The notes under the pieces: generated by a model | What the model saw: only the letters and a program-made list of their open reading frames with translations | What the model was told of the DNA's origin: nothing | Databases searched by the model: none | Made by a program: the position numbers and the translations under genes | Origin: Alphaproteobacteria bacterium | GTDB lineage: Bacteria > Pseudomonadota > Alphaproteobacteria > UBA828 | Direction of reading: 5' to 3' | Assembly: GCA_965220745.1 (NCBI GenBank) | Contig: CBDCQT010000005.1 | Location: 160,001-224,000, forward strand | DNA: 64,000 nt | In this document: piece by piece, positions 26,584 to 42,036 of the stretch | How positions within the stretch are numbered: position 1 is the first letter of the stretch | Layout of the letters: each line of letters begins with the position of its first letter

Positions 26584-26676
26584 ATGACCAACCCGCTGAC
26601 ATCGCTTGGCAAGACCGTGATCATGGGGGTCGCTATGACCGTGATCATCGTCGCCATCCTCTATGGCATAAGCTGA
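26584..26676 (+). CDS. 30-aa single-helix membrane peptide upstream of the puuD-like gene
   Basis: MTNPLTSLGKTVIMGVAMTVIIVAILYGIS; purine-rich GGGGG upstream; possible TTGCAA-16-TATGCT promoter at 26518-26545. Confidence 0.6.
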   Translation: MTNPLTSLGKTVIMGVAMTVIIVAILYGIS

Positions 26677-26692
26677 CCGGGGAGGCGAGGCG

Positions 26693-27223
26693 ATGGACAT
26701 TCCATTGGTCGACTACCATTGGTGGACATTCTTCTTCCGCTGGACCCACGTGCTCGCGGGCGTGATGTGGATCGGGCTGCTCTGGTACTTCAACTTCGTC
26801 CAGATCCCGAACATGCCGAAGATCCCGGACGACCAAAAACCCGCGATCGGCAAGGTGATCGCGCCGGCGGCGCTCTTCTGGTTCCGCTGGGCGGCGCTCG
26901 CCACGGTGGCGACCGGCATCGTGCTCGCGCTGATGAACGAGTATTTCTCGGATGCCATCACCTTCGGCATTCTCGGCGCGGCCACCGACGGGCACGTGCT
27001 GAGGCACACCGCCATCGGCATCGGGATGTGGCTCGGCATCATCATGATGCTGAACGTCTGGCTCATCATCTGGCCAAACCAAAAACGAGCCCTCGGAATC
27101 GTGGAGGTCGAGGCCGACCGCAAGGCGCGATCGGCGCGCTACGCCATGCTGGCGTCGCGCACCAACACGATGCTCTCGATCCCGATGCTCTACTCCATGG
27201 TTTCGGCGCAGAACGTCTACTGA
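26693..27223 (+). CDS. Urate hydroxylase PuuD-like membrane protein (Urate_ox_N-type domain only)
   Basis: RWTHVLAGVMWIGLLWYFNFVQ, FWFRWAA, NVWLIIWPNQK, SRTNTMLSIPM; GGAGG RBS; no CxxCH cytochrome c domain. Confidence 0.8.
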   Translation: MDIPLVDYHWWTFFFRWTHVLAGVMWIGLLWYFNFVQIPNMPKIPDDQKPAIGKVIAPAALFWFRWAALATVATGIVLALMNEYFSDAITFGILGAATDGHVLRHTAIGIGMWLGIIMMLNVWLIIWPNQKRALGIVEVEADRKARSARYAMLASRTNTMLSIPMLYSMVSAQNVY

Positions 27224-27290
27224 CGCGATAGCGCACACGCACCCGCCCGGCCGCCGCACCATTCGGCGCCGGGCGGGGCCGTTTCCCGGA

Positions 27291-28565
27291 TCAGATGGTG
27301 GCGAGCGCCCGCAGGGCGTGCTGTGCCGCGGTGGCGCCCGAGCGCACCGCCCCTTCGATGGTGGCGGGCAGCCCGGTCGCGGTCCAGTCCCCGGCGAGGA
27401 AGAGATTGCGATAGCGGGTCTCGGCCGGCGGGCGGAGCGGCAGGGCGGACGGAATCTGGGCGAAGGTCGCGCGCTTCTCCTTCACGATGCGAACCGCCGG
27501 CGCGGCGGGCGGGCGATAGTCGAGCGCCTGCGAGACGTCATTCCAGAGAATCTCGGTGATCTCCGCCGCAGGGCGCTCGGCCAGCGCACCCGCCGCGCTC
27601 ACGGTGACCGAGGCAATATCGCCACGAGCGAAGATCCACTGTGCTGTGCCGCCGACCACGCCGAGGATCGCGCTGCCGCCCGGCATCGGCACCGGACGGT
27701 CGAGCCGGAAGTGGGCGTTGACGATGGGCCGGGTCTCCAGCGGCGCCGGGATCTCGGGCAGGAGCTGGGTGCAGACCTGCGGCGTCACCGCGAGCACGGC
27801 GACATCGCCCGGCGCGAACGCCGTGTCGCCGTCGCCATTACCGGCGAAATCGAGGGCTGTCACAGCGCGCCCGTCGTGCTGGATGGCGCGCAGCCGGCGG
27901 TTGTAGTGGAGCAGGCCACCGCCGCGCTCCACGTAGTGCACGCCCGGCTCCACCAGATTGGGGCCGAGGCCGTCGCGGGTGAGATAGGCGCGGCAGGCCG
28001 CCTCGCCCTGGCCGAAGGTGAGCCGCAGCACCGGCCAAAGCAGGCGCGCGGCAGCCTCCTCCACCGAGGCATTCAGCACCGCCACCGTCAGCGGCTCCCA
28101 CAGCCGCTCCAGCAGTGGCCCGGTGCCGCTGAGCCGCTCCGCGGCGGTGTCGCTGTCCCGCGAACGGGCGAGGGCGAGGCCGGCCAGATAGTGGCGCGCG
28201 CGGCTGCCCGGCACGCGGCGCCCCGGCGCCACGATCCACCAGGGCACTGGCCCGGCATTGGGGCGTACGGTCCAGCGCTCGCCCGAGCGCAGGTCGACGA
28301 AGGGGAAGGCCGCGCGCTCCTGGCCAACCAGGCCGTCGCGGGCGCCGACGGTCTCCAGGTACGCGAACACGGCGGGATTGGCGCCCAGGATCAGGTGGTT
28401 GCCATTGTCGATGGTCCGGTCCAGGGTGGCGTCGTGGAACGAACGGCAGCGGCCGCCTGCGTGCGCCGCCGCCTCCCAAAGGACGACGCGCTGCCTCGCC
28501 TTCACCAGCTCCACGGCGCAGGAAAGCCCCGCCATGCCGGCGCCGATCACGTGAACGGTCGCCAT
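27291..28565 (-). CDS. hpnE: Hydroxysqualene dehydroxylase HpnE-like FAD oxidoreductase
   Basis: VIGAGMAG, GGRCRSF, IDNGNHL, VKEKRATF, LAGDWTATGLPATIEGAVRSG. Confidence 0.88.
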   Translation of the reverse strand: MATVHVIGAGMAGLSCAVELVKARQRVVLWEAAAHAGGRCRSFHDATLDRTIDNGNHLILGANPAVFAYLETVGARDGLVGQERAAFPFVDLRSGERWTVRPNAGPVPWWIVAPGRRVPGSRARHYLAGLALARSRDSDTAAERLSGTGPLLERLWEPLTVAVLNASVEEAAARLLWPVLRLTFGQGEAACRAYLTRDGLGPNLVEPGVHYVERGGGLLHYNRRLRAIQHDGRAVTALDFAGNGDGDTAFAPGDVAVLAVTPQVCTQLLPEIPAPLETRPIVNAHFRLDRPVPMPGGSAILGVVGGTAQWIFARGDIASVTVSAAGALAERPAAEITEILWNDVSQALDYRPPAAPAVRIVKEKRATFAQIPSALPLRPPAETRYRNLFLAGDWTATGLPATIEGAVRSGATAAQHALRALATI

Positions 28566-28649
28566 ACTTCCTCGCATCCCTCCGGCGCGTCCATGTACAG
28601 GGGAGGGGAGGCGCCTGGCAAACGCGCGGCGGGGCCGGGAGCGGCCTGA

Positions 28650-29495
28650 GTGGCGCCCTCGCTCTCATCCGTCGGCGGGCTCGCGCGTGCGGCCGACTAC
28701 GACCGCTACCTCTCCGCGCTGTTCGCACCGGCCGGGCGGCGCGAGGCGCTGTTCGCGCTAATCGCCTTCAACCACGAGATCGCACGCATCCCCGAGGCGG
28801 TGAGCGAGCCGATGCTGGGCCGCATCCGGCTGCAATGGTGGCGCGAGGTGCTCGACGCAGCCTATGCGGACGAGCCCACCCGGCGCCACGAGGTGGCGGT
28901 ACCGCTGGCGGACGCGATCCGTGCGTGCGGTCTCGACCGCGCGCCGTTCGACGCGTTGCTGGAGGCGCGGGAGGCCGACCTGGAGGAGGGCGGCTCGGCC
29001 GATATTGCGGCGCTGGAGCGCTACGCGGCGGGCACAGGGGGAGCGCTGACGGAACTCATGGTGCGGGCCTCGGGTGCGGATTCCGGCCCGGCGCTGGAGG
29101 CCGGGAGGCAGGTCGGCACGGCCTGGGCCTTGGTCGGTACGCTTCGGGCGGCGCCCCACGCGGCGGCGCAGGGCCGGGTCACGCTCCCGGCCGACCTTCT
29201 CGCCGGCGCAGGGATGGCGGCCGAGGACGTGCGGGCGGGGCGGGGCTTCGAGCGTTTTGGCGCGGTTGCCGAGCCGGTGGCGGGCCGCGCCGGCGGGCTG
29301 CTCGCTGCGGCGAGACAGGTGCGGCGCTCAGTTCCACGGCAGGCCCGCGGCGTGTTGCTGATCGCCCGCCTCGCCGATCTCTACCGCGCGCGTCTGCGCC
29401 GGGCCGCCTGGGATCCACGCGATCCGCGCATGGCCTGCGGCCCGCTCCGCAAGCAAGCGGCGATGCTGGCGGGCGCAGTATTCAGCCGCTACTGA
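28650..29495 (+). CDS. Squalene/phytoene synthase-fold protein (NDUFAF6-like)
   Basis: DYDRYLSALFAP, AFNHEIARI, SEPMLGRIRLQWWRE; lacks DDxxD motifs. Confidence 0.88.
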   Translation: MAPSLSSVGGLARAADYDRYLSALFAPAGRREALFALIAFNHEIARIPEAVSEPMLGRIRLQWWREVLDAAYADEPTRRHEVAVPLADAIRACGLDRAPFDALLEAREADLEEGGSADIAALERYAAGTGGALTELMVRASGADSGPALEAGRQVGTAWALVGTLRAAPHAAAQGRVTLPADLLAGAGMAAEDVRAGRGFERFGAVAEPVAGRAGGLLAAARQVRRSVPRQARGVLLIARLADLYRARLRRAAWDPRDPRMACGPLRKQAAMLAGAVFSRY

Positions 29496-29504
29496 CGCCT
29501 TTGC

Positions 29505-30860
29505 TCAGGCCGCGGCGGCGCGATCGTCACCCAGCCAGCGGCCGAGGTCGGCCCGTGCGCGGGCGACCATCGCGGCCTTGCGGGCGCGCTTGGGCAGGCG
29601 GCCCGCGAGCGGCGGGAACAGGCCGAAGTTGACGTTCATCGGCTGGAAGGTCCCGCCCGCGCCCAGGTGCCCGCCGGTGATGTGGCCGAGCAGCGCGCCG
29701 AACGCCGTGGTCGGCGGCGGGGGCGGAGCGGTGACGTCCGCGACCTCCGCCGCGGCGAAGCGCCCGGCGAGCAGGCCGATCGCCGCGCTCTCGACATAGC
29801 CCTCGACGCCGGTGATCTGGCCCGCGAAGCGCACATGCGGCGCGCGGCGCAGACGCAGCTCCGCATCCAGCAGCGCCGGGCTGTTGATGAAGGTGTTGCG
29901 ATGGATGCCGCCGAGCCGGGCGAAGCCGGCCTGCTCTAGCCCCGGGATCAGGCGGAAGACCCGCTTCTGCGCGCCGTGCGTGAGCTTGGTCTGGAAGCCC
30001 ACCATGTTGAAGAGGGTGCCGAGCGCGTTGTCCTGGCGCAGCTGCACCACGGCGTGGGGGCGGGCGCCGGTGGCCGGGTCGGTGAGGCCCACGGGCTTCA
30101 TCGGTCCGAAGCGGAGCGTGTCGCGCCCGCGCGCCGCCATCACCTCGATGGGCAGGCAGCCCTCGAAGTAGGGCGTGCCGCGCTCCCAGTCGCGGAAGGG
30201 GATCGTGTCGGCGGCGAGCAGGGCGTCGATGAAGGCCTCGTAGCGCTCACGGTCCAGCGGGCAATTGATGTAGGCAGCGCGGTCGCCGCCGGGCCCCGCC
30301 TTGTCGTAGCGAGACTGGAACCAGGCCCGCTCGAAGTCGATGCTCTCGCGGTGGACGATGGGCGCGAGCGCATCGAAGAAGGCGAGGTGCTCTTCGCCGG
30401 TGGCGTCCAGGATCGCCTGGCTGAGCCCCGGTGCGGTGAGGGGGCCGGTGGCGACGATGGCCGGGCCTTCCGCCGCATCCGGCACGCCGGGGGCCTCCGC
30501 GCGGCGCACCCGGATGGCGGGCTCGTCCTCGATCGCCTGCTGCACCGCATCGGCGAAGCCCGTGCGGTCCACCGCGAGCGCTTGGCCGGCCGGCACCTTG
30601 TGCCGGTCGGCGGCGGCCATGACCAGCGAGTCCGCGCGCCGCATCTCCTCGTGCAGGAGGCCCACGGCGTTGCGCTCGGCATCGTCGGAGCGGAAGGAGT
30701 TGGAGCAGACCAGCTCGGCGAGCCGGTCGGTGACGTGCGCCTCGGTGGCGCGCACCGGGCGCATCTCCCAGAGCTCGACCGCCACGCCCCGGCGCGCGAT
30801 CTGCCATGCCGCCTCGCAGCCGGCGAGGCCGCCGCCGACGATGCGGATTCGCTGATCCAC
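29505..30860 (-). CDS. trmFO: tRNA (uracil-5-)-methyltransferase TrmFO
   Basis: [54 protein letters not shown]. Confidence 0.96.
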   Translation of the reverse strand: MDQRIRIVGGGLAGCEAAWQIARRGVAVELWEMRPVRATEAHVTDRLAELVCSNSFRSDDAERNAVGLLHEEMRRADSLVMAAADRHKVPAGQALAVDRTGFADAVQQAIEDEPAIRVRRAEAPGVPDAAEGPAIVATGPLTAPGLSQAILDATGEEHLAFFDALAPIVHRESIDFERAWFQSRYDKAGPGGDRAAYINCPLDRERYEAFIDALLAADTIPFRDWERGTPYFEGCLPIEVMAARGRDTLRFGPMKPVGLTDPATGARPHAVVQLRQDNALGTLFNMVGFQTKLTHGAQKRVFRLIPGLEQAGFARLGGIHRNTFINSPALLDAELRLRRAPHVRFAGQITGVEGYVESAAIGLLAGRFAAAEVADVTAPPPPPTTAFGALLGHITGGHLGAGGTFQPMNVNFGLFPPLAGRLPKRARKAAMVARARADLGRWLGDDRAAAA

Positions 30861-30890
30861 CCTCGCGTGCTCCGGGCTCCGGCGCCGGGC

Positions 30891-33782
<2,892 letters not shown>

Positions 33783-33951
33783 GGGCGCGGACGAAACGGT
33801 TCGGGGATCGACTCTGGAATATAGGAGCTTCGCCCGGCGAAGGCGAGAGCCGCCGGTATGCGTAGCCGGCATACGGGGCCGGTTTGAGGCGGTTCGGGCT
33901 ATGGGCTAAAAGTCGTCAGGGTAGCCTGCGAGCACAGAAGGAGTTTGGGTT

Positions 33952-34413
33952 ATGGCGGGTAGCGTCAACAAGGTCATTTTGGTCGGCAACCTGGGACGCG
34001 ACCCCGAAACCCGACAAACACAGGACGGCAGGCCTATCGTCAACATGTCGGTCGCCACCAGTGAGAACTGGCGGGACCGTCAGACCGGGGAGCGGCGCGA
34101 GCGCACCGAGTGGCACCGCGTCGTGATCTTCAACGAGCGCTTGGCCGAGGTCGCGCAGAACTACCTGCGCAAGGGCTCCAAGGTCTATCTCGAAGGCCAG
34201 CTGCAGACCCGCAAGTGGACCGACCAGTCGGGGCAGGAGCGCTACACCACCGAGGTGGTGCTCGGGCGCTTTCGGGGTGAGCTTACGATGCTGGACAGCC
34301 GCGCCGATAGCGGCGGCGGGCGTGACTACGGCGGCGAGCCGGCCGGCGCCCCGGCCACGGCCCGCGACAGCGGCCCGTCATCCACCGACCTGGACGACGA
34401 TATTCCGTTCTAA
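33952..34413 (+). CDS. ssb: Single-stranded DNA-binding protein
   Basis: [19 protein letters not shown]...DLDDDIPF; divergent from uvrA. Confidence 0.98.
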   Translation: MAGSVNKVILVGNLGRDPETRQTQDGRPIVNMSVATSENWRDRQTGERRERTEWHRVVIFNERLAEVAQNYLRKGSKVYLEGQLQTRKWTDQSGQERYTTEVVLGRFRGELTMLDSRADSGGGRDYGGEPAGAPATARDSGPSSTDLDDDIPF

Positions 34414-34435
34414 TTGTGAGGAGAATTGCCCCCAA

Positions 34436-34457
34436 CAACGCGGTTCGCGGCGTTGTG
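34436..34457 (+). terminator. Stem-loop downstream of ssb
   Basis: acaacgc...gcgttgt inverted repeat; no strong U-tract. Confidence 0.3.
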
Positions 34458-34548
34458 AATCAGGGGCGTTTGCGGTAGTCTCTTGGGCGTAAGGACCGAG
34501 TCGCGACGCGCGACCTAATTCCTTGTCTTCCAATAAACTTTCCGGTCA

Positions 34549-37255
<2,707 letters not shown>

Positions 37256-37263
<8 letters not shown>

Positions 37264-37762
37264 GCGGGTCGGCCTCTATCCCGGAACCTTCGACCCGATC
37301 ACCACGGGCCATCAGGACATCATCAGGCGCGCGCTCCGGGTGGTCGACAGACTGGTGGTGGCGGTCGCCGTCAACGCGGGCAAGAACCCGCTGTTCGACG
37401 TGGACGAGCGGGTTGCGCTCACCGCGCAGGATCTCGCAGCGCTCGGGCTCGAGCCGCCGCAGCTGGAAGTGCGCAGCTTCGACAGCTTGCTCATGCATTT
37501 CGTCCACGAGGTGAACGCCACGGTGATCGTGCGCGGGCTCCGGGCTGTTTCCGACTTCGAGTACGAGTTCCAGATGGCGGGCATGAACGCCAGGCTCGAC
37601 CAGGGTGTCGAGACCGTGTTCCTGATGGCCTCGGAGCGGCACCACTTCATCTCCTCGAAGCTGGTCAAGGAGATCGCCTCCCTCGGCGGCGACGTGTCGA
37701 GCTTCGTCTCGCCGCTCATTGCCCAGCGCCTCGCCGAGCGGTTCGGGACGCCGCCTCCCTGA
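37256..37762 (+). CDS. coaD: Phosphopantetheine adenylyltransferase
   Basis: [34 protein letters not shown]; ATG 37256. Confidence 0.97.
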
Positions 37763-37786
37763 GGCCGGCGGCGCCGGCGACCATCG

Positions 37787-38815
37787 GTGCGGGTCGACGC
37801 CTTCGATTTCGACCTTCCGCGCGAGGCGATCGCGACGCGCCCCGCGCGCCCGCGCGATTCCGCCCGCCTTCTGGACCTGACCGCCGGCCTCGCCCACCGC
37901 AGCGTCGCAGACCTCCCGGCCCTGCTGCGGCCGGGCGACATGATGGTCTTCAACGACACGCGGGTAATCCCGGCGCGCCTTGCGGGCGTGAGGGGCGGGG
38001 CGCGGGTCGAACTCACCCTGCACCGATGCTTGGGCGACGACCGCTGGTTGGCGTTCGCCAAGCCGGCGAAGCGGCTCCGGCCGGGCGACCGGATCACCTT
38101 TGCCGAAGAGTTCTCGGCCATGGTCGGGGCGCGGGACGGGCCGGAGGTGAGCATTGTCTTCGACCGTGGCGGCGCCGCGCTCGCCGACGCGCTTCAACGC
38201 CACGGCGCCATGCCGCTGCCGCCTTATCTTCGTCGCGCCGCGGACGCGCGCGACCGCGATGACTACCAGACCGTGTTCGCGCGGTGCGAGGGCGCCGTCG
38301 CCGCGCCGACGGCGGGCCTGCATTTCACCGATCGCCTGCTGCAGGCCATCGATGTGCGCGGCATCGCGCGGCGTTTCGTTACGCTCCACGTCGGTGCCGG
38401 CACGTTTCTGCCGATCTCGGTCGAGGACACCGCCGATCACCCGATGCACAGCGAGTCCTGCGTGCTCGCGCGTGACACGGCCGCCGCCATCAACGGCTGC
38501 CGCGCCGCCGGCGGGCGTATCGTCGCGGTGGGTACCACGGTCGTGCGGCTGTTGGAGAGCGCGGCCCGGCCCGACGGCACCGTCGTGGCGTTCGCCGGTG
38601 AGGTCGATCTCTTCATCGAGCCCGGCTACCGCTTCAGGACCGTCGACCTGATGCTTACCAACTTCCACCTGCCCCGCTCAACGCTCTTCATGCTGGTCTG
38701 CGCCTTCGCCGGTACCGAACGGATGAAGGCAGCCTACGCGGAGGCTCTCGCGGCGGGGTATCGTTTCTATTCCTACGGCGATGCCTGCCTTCTTGCGCGC
38801 GGGGAGACAGCGTGA
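37787..38815 (+). CDS. queA: S-adenosylmethionine:tRNA ribosyltransferase-isomerase
   Basis: [50 protein letters not shown]. Confidence 0.97.
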   Translation: MRVDAFDFDLPREAIATRPARPRDSARLLDLTAGLAHRSVADLPALLRPGDMMVFNDTRVIPARLAGVRGGARVELTLHRCLGDDRWLAFAKPAKRLRPGDRITFAEEFSAMVGARDGPEVSIVFDRGGAALADALQRHGAMPLPPYLRRAADARDRDDYQTVFARCEGAVAAPTAGLHFTDRLLQAIDVRGIARRFVTLHVGAGTFLPISVEDTADHPMHSESCVLARDTAAAINGCRAAGGRIVAVGTTVVRLLESAARPDGTVVAFAGEVDLFIEPGYRFRTVDLMLTNFHLPRSTLFMLVCAFAGTERMKAAYAEALAAGYRFYSYGDACLLARGETA

Positions 38816-39930
38816 GCCTCGACTTCACCGTCGAAGCAACCGACGGCCGCGCCCGGCTCGGCCGGCTGAAGACCGCCCACGGACCCGTGCACACGCCTGC
38901 CTTCATGCCCGTGGGGACCCAGGCGGCGGTCAAGGGGCTCACGGTCGATACGGTGCGGGAAAGCGGAGCCAAGATCGTGCTCGCCAACACCTATCACCTG
39001 ATGATCCGCCCCGGCGCGGAACGCATCGCCCGCCTCGGCGGTCTGCACGAATTCATGAACTGGCCGGGGCCCATCCTCACGGATTCGGGCGGCTTTCAGG
39101 TGATGTCGCTCGCCCAGCTCCGCACCGTGCAGGAGGACGGCGTGGTGTTCCGCGCGCACACCGACGGCTCCCGCCATCATCTGACACCGGCAGGCGCCGT
39201 GAAAATCCAGCACGCGCTGGACAGCGATATCACCATGGTGCTGGACGAGTGCACGCCCTATCCGGCGAGCGAGGCGGAGGCGGCCCGTTCCATGCGCCGC
39301 TCCATGCGCTGGGCCGCGCACTGCAAGGAGGCGTTCGTGCAGAGGCCAGGCTACGGGCTCTTCGGCATCGTGCAGGGCAGCGTCTTCCCTGCGCTGCGGG
39401 CGGAATCGGCGGCGGCGCTCGTGGAGATCGGCTTCGACGGCTACGCCGTGGGCGGGCTCGCGGTGGGCGAAGGGCAGGCCCAAATGCTGGCGGTGCTCGA
39501 CGGGCTCGAGGGCGCGTTGCCGGCGGAGCGGCCCCGTTACCTGATGGGGGTGGGCACGCCGGATGACATCGTGAAGGCGGTCTGCCGCGGGATCGATATG
39601 TTCGACTGCGTGCTGCCCACCCGCTCGGGTCGTACCGCGCGCGCCTATACCGCGAGCGGCACCCTCAACATGCGAAACGCCCGCCACGCAGAGGACCCAT
39701 CGCCGGTCGATGCCGCCTGCGCTTGCCCGACTTGCGCGGAGTACAGCCGCGCCTACGTCCACCACCTGTTTCGCACCGGCGAAATGCTCGGCCCCATCTT
39801 GCTGAGCCAGCACAACCTCTACGTCTATCAGCGGCTGATGGCCGACCTGCGCGCCGCGATCGGAGAGGGACGCCTCGATGCCTTCGCAGCGGCGCAGGGA
39901 GGGGACGGGGACGCCGAGGAAGACGACTGA
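38812..39930 (+). CDS. tgt: tRNA-guanine transglycosylase
   Basis: [37 protein letters not shown] zinc site. Confidence 0.97.
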   Translation: MSLDFTVEATDGRARLGRLKTAHGPVHTPAFMPVGTQAAVKGLTVDTVRESGAKIVLANTYHLMIRPGAERIARLGGLHEFMNWPGPILTDSGGFQVMSLAQLRTVQEDGVVFRAHTDGSRHHLTPAGAVKIQHALDSDITMVLDECTPYPASEAEAARSMRRSMRWAAHCKEAFVQRPGYGLFGIVQGSVFPALRAESAAALVEIGFDGYAVGGLAVGEGQAQMLAVLDGLEGALPAERPRYLMGVGTPDDIVKAVCRGIDMFDCVLPTRSGRTARAYTASGTLNMRNARHAEDPSPVDAACACPTCAEYSRAYVHHLFRTGEMLGPILLSQHNLYVYQRLMADLRAAIGEGRLDAFAAAQGGDGDAEEDD

Positions 39931-39939
39931 CCGGAGAGG

Positions 39940-40701
39940 TCAGTCGCCGAAGCTCTTCACCCGCTCAGCGGTCTCGGGGTCAAGGAAGCGCCGCACGGTC
40001 GCCTCGGTCTCCAGCGCGAGCGCGCCCTCGATATCGAAGCCGCCCGCCCGGTTGAGCACTCGCTTGAGCTCGCACACCGCTCCTTGAGGCAAGGCGGCAA
40101 TGCGCGCGGCCGTCTCGTGCGCCGTCTCGAACACCGAATCGTCCGGCACTACGCGCCAGGCGAGGCCCATCTTGTGCGCTTCCGCGGCACTGAAGGTTTC
40201 GCCGAGCAATAGCAGTTCGCGGGTCTTCGCCAGCCCTACGATGCGCGGCAGGATCGCCGTCACGCCGCCGGTCGGGAACATGCCCCACTTGATCTCGGGA
40301 AAGAAACATTTGGTGCCTTCGCCGAAGACGGCGAGATCGCAGTTGATCGCCCATTCCAGCCCGCCGCCCACCGCCCAGCCATGAATGGCGCCGACCACCA
40401 CTTTGTCACCCAGAACCAAGCGGCGCGAAACCTCCTGGATCGCCTCGATGAAGGCTCGGGTCTCCGCCTCGCCGGCAGTCTGGTTCTCGATGTCCTTGAG
40501 GTCGTCGCCGGAGCAGAAGGCACGCCCTGCGCCGCGCAGGACCAGCGCGCCCACCCCATCGTCGGCAAGCACGTCGTCCAGTGCTGCACAGAGATCGGCG
40601 AGCAGTGTCGCGTTGAGCGCGTTGAGCCGCTCCGGCCGGTTGAGCGTGAGCGTGGCGACCCCCGCCGTCACGCCGGTGAGGACGGTACCCGCCATCTTCA
40701 A
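39940..40701 (-). CDS. Enoyl-CoA hydratase/isomerase family protein
   Basis: LNRPERLNAL, AFCSGDDL, GWAVGGGLE, FPE. Confidence 0.9.
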   Translation of the reverse strand: MKMAGTVLTGVTAGVATLTLNRPERLNALNATLLADLCAALDDVLADDGVGALVLRGAGRAFCSGDDLKDIENQTAGEAETRAFIEAIQEVSRRLVLGDKVVVGAIHGWAVGGGLEWAINCDLAVFGEGTKCFFPEIKWGMFPTGGVTAILPRIVGLAKTRELLLLGETFSAAEAHKMGLAWRVVPDDSVFETAHETAARIAALPQGAVCELKRVLNRAGGFDIEGALALETEATVRRFLDPETAERVKSFGD

Positions 40702-41996
40702 TTCTCCCTGATCAGTCGCTGCGTCTTGCCGCCGGTGCGCGGCAGCGAGCCGGGCGGCAGCAGGGTCACGATGGCCGAGGCGCGGAGCGTCGCCTTGATC
40801 GCCTCTTCCACGCGCGCAGCCAGCGCTTCCGAGGCCTCGGCGCCTTCCGCCATTTCGGCATCCACCGGCAGCCGGTCGTAGGGTCCGCTCCCCTTGAGGC
40901 GGATACGGAACTCGCCCGAGAGCGCGTCGAACCCGGCGATCACGCCGCCGACGGCGGTCGGGAAGATGTTGACGCCGCGCACCACCACCATGTCGTCGCT
41001 ACGCCCGAGAACACGGAAGCGGGTCGCCGCGCGCCCGCAGGTGCAGAGGCCTGTGCCCGTGATGACGATCACGTCGTTGGTGCGAAAGCGCACCAGTGGT
41101 TGCGCCTCGCGCTTCAGGTGCGTCAGCACCAGCTCGCCGCTCGCGCCCTCCCGCCACGCCACCGGATCGCCGCTCTCCGGCTCGATCAGCTCCGGGTACA
41201 GCACATCCTCGCCCAGGAAGTGCAGGTCGTTGTTGGCCCAGCACTGGCTCGCGAAATTGCTGAACACGTCTGAGACGCCGTAGTTGGCGTTGCGCGCGGT
41301 AAAGCCCCAGACGCTCTCCAGACGCCCGCGGAAGTTCGGGTCGTCCAGGCCCGCCTCGCCGCCGAAGAGACCGAGCGTGAGCTCCAGATCGCGCGGCGCG
41401 AGGCCCGGGAAGTGTTCCGCGATCGTCCGCTCCAGGGCGGCAGGGTAGGAGGGTGTGCAATGGATCACACGGACCTTGAGGTCGAGGATCGTGCGAATCA
41501 GGAGCTGGCTTTCGCCCGCGCCGAAGGGAATCACCGTCGCGCCTGCGGCTTCGAGGGAGAGATGGTCGCTCACGCCGCCCATCCACATCCGGTAGTTGAG
41601 GCAGTGGACGGTGAGCGTGCCGGTGGTGAGCCCCGCGGCCTGGAAGCAGCGCGCGCCGATCGCGGCCGTCTGCGCCGCGTCGGCCTCCGTCTGAGCGATG
41701 TTCATGGCCTGGCCCGTGGTGCCGGAGGTGCGATGCAGGCGGATGACGAACTCACGCACGGCCGCGAGGTAGTCGCCGAAGGGCGGATGTGCGGCCTGGG
41801 ATTCCCGCAGCATCGCCTTGTTGCAGAGGGGGAGCGCGGGCAGGTCCTCCAGCCGCTCCGGCACGTGCCGGCCGGCCCACAGCTTGGCGAAGAAAGGTGA
41901 TTGGCGGACGACGTAGGCCCGCTGGTCCTGCCAGCGCCCTTGCTGGAGCGCGGCATTCTCCTCTGGCGGCCGAAGCGCCTCACTTACAGGGCTCAT
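40698..41996 (-). CDS. Phenylacetate-CoA ligase family (PaaK-like) acyl-CoA ligase
   Basis: HRTSGTTG, TPSY, NYGVSD, PLVRFRTND, GRSDDM..VRGVNIFP. Confidence 0.88.
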   Translation of the reverse strand: MSPVSEALRPPEENAALQQGRWQDQRAYVVRQSPFFAKLWAGRHVPERLEDLPALPLCNKAMLRESQAAHPPFGDYLAAVREFVIRLHRTSGTTGQAMNIAQTEADAAQTAAIGARCFQAAGLTTGTLTVHCLNYRMWMGGVSDHLSLEAAGATVIPFGAGESQLLIRTILDLKVRVIHCTPSYPAALERTIAEHFPGLAPRDLELTLGLFGGEAGLDDPNFRGRLESVWGFTARNANYGVSDVFSNFASQCWANNDLHFLGEDVLYPELIEPESGDPVAWREGASGELVLTHLKREAQPLVRFRTNDVIVITGTGLCTCGRAATRFRVLGRSDDMVVVRGVNIFPTAVGGVIAGFDALSGEFRIRLKGSGPYDRLPVDAEMAEGAEASEALAARVEEAIKATLRASAIVTLLPPGSLPRTGGKTQRLIREN

Positions 41997-42036
41997 CCGG
42001 TGCGCCCGCGCGCTTGCGGCCTTGTCTGTGACCGGC

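Noticed and set aside
28650-29495. HpnC/HpnD squalene synthase call because of adjacency to hpnE
   Set aside because: Lacks the DDxxD catalytic motifs and matches the NDUFAF6-like subfamily.
33783-33951. LexA (GTTC-N7-GTTC) box between uvrA and ssb
   Set aside because: Only isolated GTTC half-sites; I found no correctly spaced pair.
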